A stretch of DNA of 64,000 bases from a virus, in the IMG/VR virus record IMGVR_UViG_3300025914_000003, one strand, 5' to 3'. The notes beneath the pieces were generated by a model. It saw only the letters and a list, made by a program, of their open reading frames with translations. It searched no databases and was not told the DNA's origin. Position numbers and translations under genes: made by a program. Positions 60,876-64,000 of this stretch are shown in pieces. Position 1 is the stretch's first letter, and each line of letters starts with the position of its first letter.

Positions 60876-61729
60876 ATAACTGCTTCTGCAAGTACGATGA
60901 ATATGAAGTCCGCACGGAAGTCTGTCGGCATTGTGCGGCCGCGCTGCCTCAGCAACTTGAGGATGGAAGTCTCAATCCCGAATGGCTTCAAGCACGATGT
61001 GGCTTCGCTACGGCAAGTAGGGCTTATGACATCACTAAGCTGGTTCAAAAGAAGAAGGAAAAAGGAATTGTCACTGAATGGAAATCGTCGGCGGATCGCG
61101 ATCGCTACATGGATCAATTACTTGCAGAGCGTCTCACTGGTGAACCTCAGAATGGTAAGAGCGTTTATTCACTAAACGAGAGGCTGAAACAAGAGGCTCC
61201 GGCTCGAGCGGCTTATTCATTCTTCTATGATCGGGAGGTTGTACAAGTCGGCTTCATTCATCACTTGTTTATTGAGCGATTTGGAGCGAGCCCGGATGGA
61301 TACGTTGGCGATAATGGAATAATCGAAATCAAGAATCTGGACGCCGCACAGCATATCAAACTTTTGGAAGGTGGCGAGCGGGAAGAATCAGTCTTTTGCG
61401 AGTATCGCCCACAGGTGAATTCAGGGCTTGCCTGTACCAACAGAGAATTCTGCGACTTCATAAGCTACTGTCCGACAATGTTGAACGAAGAAGACAAATT
61501 ATATGTGAGAACAGAGTGGCGAAACGAATCCGAAATAAGCGCATTGGAAAACTCAGTGAGAAGGTTTCTTGTCGAGCTCAATGAAAAGGTCGAGCGAATT
61601 AGGAACCGAAGGCGGTCGGGCTACGGATCCACGGTATTGACGGAGCAACTTGAAGACTCGATCGCACTTGCTAAGAAGCCTAATGTAGTACATGCACGTA
61701 AAGGGAAAGTTATTCAGTTAGTGAAGTGA
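60872..61729 (+). CDS. YqaJ / lambda-exonuclease-like PD-(D/E)XK recombination exonuclease
   Basis: Contains GASPDGYVGDNGIIEIKN (D...E-x-K). ATGA overlap with the erf gene. Confidence 0.8.
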   Translation: MNNCFCKYDEYEVRTEVCRHCAAALPQQLEDGSLNPEWLQARCGFATASRAYDITKLVQKKKEKGIVTEWKSSADRDRYMDQLLAERLTGEPQNGKSVYSLNERLKQEAPARAAYSFFYDREVVQVGFIHHLFIERFGASPDGYVGDNGIIEIKNLDAAQHIKLLEGGEREESVFCEYRPQVNSGLACTNREFCDFISYCPTMLNEEDKLYVRTEWRNESEISALENSVRRFLVELNEKVERIRNRRRSGYGSTVLTEQLEDSIALAKKPNVVHARKGKVIQLVK

Positions 61730-61738
61730 GTTGGTCCA

Positions 61739-61942
61739 ATGAATGGATTTGTCGCTGATAATCGCTTTGAGATCACATGCGGGCATTGCAACGCTAAGTT
61801 TTGGTCCTTCGACATCTCAGCGATCAGAGTTTGTCAGAGTTGCTTTCAGTTGGGCCATCGAGGTAACGGCGGTAGTTGCTGGAAGTGTCGTTCTGATTAC
61901 TATTCCGATGATGAACCTTTTGCGAGCCACGATGATGATTGA
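61739..61942 (+). CDS. hypothetical Zn-ribbon protein
   Basis: Contains CGHC...CQSC...CWKC. Confidence 0.5.
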   Translation: MNGFVADNRFEITCGHCNAKFWSFDISAIRVCQSCFQLGHRGNGGSCWKCRSDYYSDDEPFASHDDD

Positions 61943-61965
61943 CTAGGTGACGAGGATATTTACTT

Positions 61966-62184
61966 ATGACTAAAACATCATTCAATCGGGACAACATACT
62001 TTCATCAAGCGAGCGCATTGCGAGTGCCCGCAAATGCCTGGATCTGCTCAAGCCCGAAGTCGAAAACATGGGCGAACGTGAAGCGCAATTCGTTGACGAA
62101 ATGATGGACAAGGTAGATCGGTGGGGTGTCACCGAACGACAACTGGCGTGGCTTCGGGATTTGGTAGGGAAATACGCGCAATGA
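61966..62184 (+). CDS. hypothetical protein
   Basis: 72-aa ORF. Confidence 0.5.
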   Translation: MTKTSFNRDNILSSSERIASARKCLDLLKPEVENMGEREAQFVDEMMDKVDRWGVTERQLAWLRDLVGKYAQ

Positions 62185-62309
62185 ACATCGACCTAACATT
62201 GAAAGATAACCGACCAATTACCAGCCTTGTGATAGACGAAGCAACGTGTTCGGGATTGGAATGTCAGGATTGGCTCAAACGGAGTCACAAAGATCGAAGC
62301 TTACAATGA
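62181..62309 (+). CDS. short ORF (42 aa), possibly the 5' part of a frameshifted gene
   Basis: ATGA overlap at 62181. See the finding on 62181-62415. Confidence 0.3.
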   Translation: MNIDLTLKDNRPITSLVIDEATCSGLECQDWLKRSHKDRSLQ

Positions 62310-62404
62310 ATTTGCTGGTCCTGATTATGTGCTTTGGTTTGCGATCTATGTTGGAGAAGAAATTGTTTGGAGAGTAAATGGGAGATATGTGGTGGAGGTA
62401 GGCT

Positions 62405-62635
62405 ATGGGACATAACGATCACTTACAACAACCAATAATCGATCGGGTAAGAGGCGAAGCGAAGGGAATTTGCTACAAAGGAATCGCCTTAACATCATCC
62501 GATTTCATCTTGATAGCGCCATCAATCGAACACTTGAGAGACAAGTGGGCCATGTTTACAGATGCACCGCTTAATGAAGAGAAATGTGTCAACGTGGCGC
62601 TTTTCAGTCAACGAGACACCAAAGAACTGGAGTAA
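62405..62635 (+). CDS. hypothetical protein
   Basis: 76-aa ORF. Confidence 0.5.
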   Translation: MGHNDHLQQPIIDRVRGEAKGICYKGIALTSSDFILIAPSIEHLRDKWAMFTDAPLNEEKCVNVALFSQRDTKELE

Positions 62636-62637
62636 CC

Positions 62638-63117
62638 ATGAAAAGGCAAACAAAAGCTGACAGGATACTGAATCAAGCCCGCGAGCGGTTGGAGATCGCA
62701 CGGCAGAATGTCGAAACGGCTGAATCACAGCTAGGAATAGCGCAAGCGGCGTTTAATGCTCACCAAATGGCCTACAACGCACTGGAAAAGGAACTGGCAC
62801 CTACGCCTCGTAAAGCAGCAAAGAAAGCAGCGGGAAGCCCTGTGGCGCAGAAAGAACAGGTAAAAACAGGGGATGTGCCGCCAGGATTGTGCTCTCACAC
62901 GTTCGGGAGTGGGTCAGTATGCCTCGCTACCGCTAGTAACGCGATTCACGATCCTGAGTTCGAATATGCAGGGCATCACCCTTTCGTACCATCGAAGCCT
63001 GTAGCGCGTGCTTCGCGCAAATCAAGACAGAAATCAGAGGCAGCGTTATCCGATCAGAGTTCAGGGACCGTTACGGATTCTGCTGGGGTTGCAGCAAACG
63101 CAGCAAGCGGAGATTAA
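62638..63117 (+). CDS. hypothetical protein (N-terminal coiled coil, basic C-terminus)
   Basis: ATG 62638 lies just after the previous stop. The tracked start is 62584. Confidence 0.55.
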   Translation: MKRQTKADRILNQARERLEIARQNVETAESQLGIAQAAFNAHQMAYNALEKELAPTPRKAAKKAAGSPVAQKEQVKTGDVPPGLCSHTFGSGSVCLATASNAIHDPEFEYAGHHPFVPSKPVARASRKSRQKSEAALSDQSSGTVTDSAGVAANAASGD

Positions 63118-63118
63118 A

Positions 63119-63340
63119 ATGAGTAAAGATACCGGAGAACTGGATTCGGATGACAAGGGCCGCTGGTACGGTCCTGAATTCTGTCCGCACATTGGCGATC
63201 CTGTTATTGATGGTTGCCACTTCTGCGGGCGGGCAATTCCAAATCCCGCCAACGGCGAGCACAACCACACAATGTATGAGAAAGCAGGATTCAGGGGCGC
63301 AACCGAAGATCGCTATAGTTGTGTATGCGATTCCTGTTGA
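63119..63340 (+). CDS. hypothetical Cys/His protein
   Basis: ATG 63119. The tracked start is 63008. Confidence 0.5.
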   Translation: MSKDTGELDSDDKGRWYGPEFCPHIGDPVIDGCHFCGRAIPNPANGEHNHTMYEKAGFRGATEDRYSCVCDSC

Positions 63341-63386
63341 TAAGGCAGAAACTGCTATCAGTGCTTCCAGCGGAGGAGATTAGAAA

Positions 63387-63671
63387 ATGGAGTGCCAAAG
63401 TAAACCGCCACAGGTTGACGCAAAAGCGTTTAAATGGATGGCTAATAATCCAGAGATGGTATGGCAAATACAGGCTGATAACGACCCGCAGTTAATGAGA
63501 AAAGTCGAGACGATGCTCGCGAGTGGCGTTAGGCCCGAATGGATTTTACACCGTGAAGGATTCTCAGAGTTACCTGTAGAAGTTCAAACGGTATTTCTTA
63601 ATGCGCTTCACTGGCGACAAAACGAACTGCGCAAGCAACCATTTCACCCACTAAGTCCTATAGGGAAGTGA
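63387..63671 (+). CDS. hypothetical protein
   Basis: 94-aa ORF behind GGAGGAG. Confidence 0.55.
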   Translation: MECQSKPPQVDAKAFKWMANNPEMVWQIQADNDPQLMRKVETMLASGVRPEWILHREGFSELPVEVQTVFLNALHWRQNELRKQPFHPLSPIGK

Positions 63672-64000
63672 AGATTATTTTTCTCGACATTGATGGTGTG
63701 CTGAACAACATGGAGTCGTTGCGATTTCCACGGACAAGGATAACCACGTCCAAGCATTCGTACAGTACGGCGCATCCGACTTGCATAAAGGCATTGAATC
63801 ATCTGACCGCAGAAACCGATGCCAGGCTTGTAATATCCAGCACATGGCGCGGCCTTGGCTTGAAGAACCTCCGATTACTCTTCCAAGAGTGGGGTATTCG
63901 TGGATCTGTTATAGGGCTCACGCCAGATTTAGGATTCGTTGATCGCGGCATTGAGATCGAGGCGTGGTTAGAAAACAATCAACCAAACGATGCTTATGTA
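63668..64000 (+). CDS. HAD-superfamily phosphatase-like protein, 3'-truncated by the window edge
   Basis: GTG 63668 overlaps the previous TGA. KIIFLDIDGVLNN is HAD motif I (DxDGV), and ISSTWR fits motif II. Confidence 0.6.
   Translation, partial: MKIIFLDIDGVLNNMESLRFPRTRITTSKHSYSTAHPTCIKALNHLTAETDARLVISSTWRGLGLKNLRLLFQEWGIRGSVIGLTPDLGFVDRGIEIEAWLENNQPNDAYV

Overview
The window reads as most of one tailed dsDNA phage (siphovirus-like) genome, about 52-55% GC and densely packed. Almost all genes are on the + strand, and many are joined by ATGA/TAATG overlaps. No search was run: every functional call rests on motifs I recognise by eye, plus gene order.

Gene order:
- 1-12 kb: replication, recombination and nuclease genes. 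These include a G39P-like helicase loader, two HNH nucleases, an SNF2 helicase fused to a DNA methyltransferase, RusA, an XRE regulator and many small Zn-finger ORFs.
- 12-20.8 kb: a block rich in membrane and secreted proteins, probably lysis-related. It holds holin-like TM proteins, a Cys-rich secreted peptide, a 581-aa enzyme with PT linkers and a papain-like peptidase. A lone minus-strand HNH/AP2-like gene interrupts it.
- 20.9-51.5 kb: the morphogenesis module. It contains a DUF5681-like candidate small terminase, TerL, an RHH gene, an SPP1-type portal, a scaffold protein and an HK97-fold capsid protein. Tail genes follow: connectors, tube, G/GT chaperone, a Mu Com-like Zn finger, a 1688-aa tape measure, tip proteins, LamG-like proteins and fibres. 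A PrmA-like methyltransferase is embedded among the fibre genes.
- 51.6-52.1 kb: a phage sigma factor.
- 52.1-54.5 kb: an eight-gene leftward operon, running from an HTH gene to a protein consisting only of the LexA DNA-binding domain.
- 54.5-54.6 kb: a divergent promoter switch.
- 54.7-64 kb: a rightward early operon with a SWIM pair, a Cys-rich Ca-binding membrane protein, ERF, a YqaJ exonuclease and a HAD-like phosphatase. It runs off the window end and is probably continuous with the window start.

I saw no integrase, transposase, tRNA, rRNA, CRISPR array or reverse transcriptase.

The most notable observations:
- Three regulators whose promoters predict leaderless mRNAs.
- GTGCTTTACA operator-like repeats around the RHH gene.
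- The truncated LexA gene converging on the sigma factor gene.
- The Com-like gene directly upstream of the TTG-initiated tape measure gene.
- A perfect 77-bp tandem duplication.
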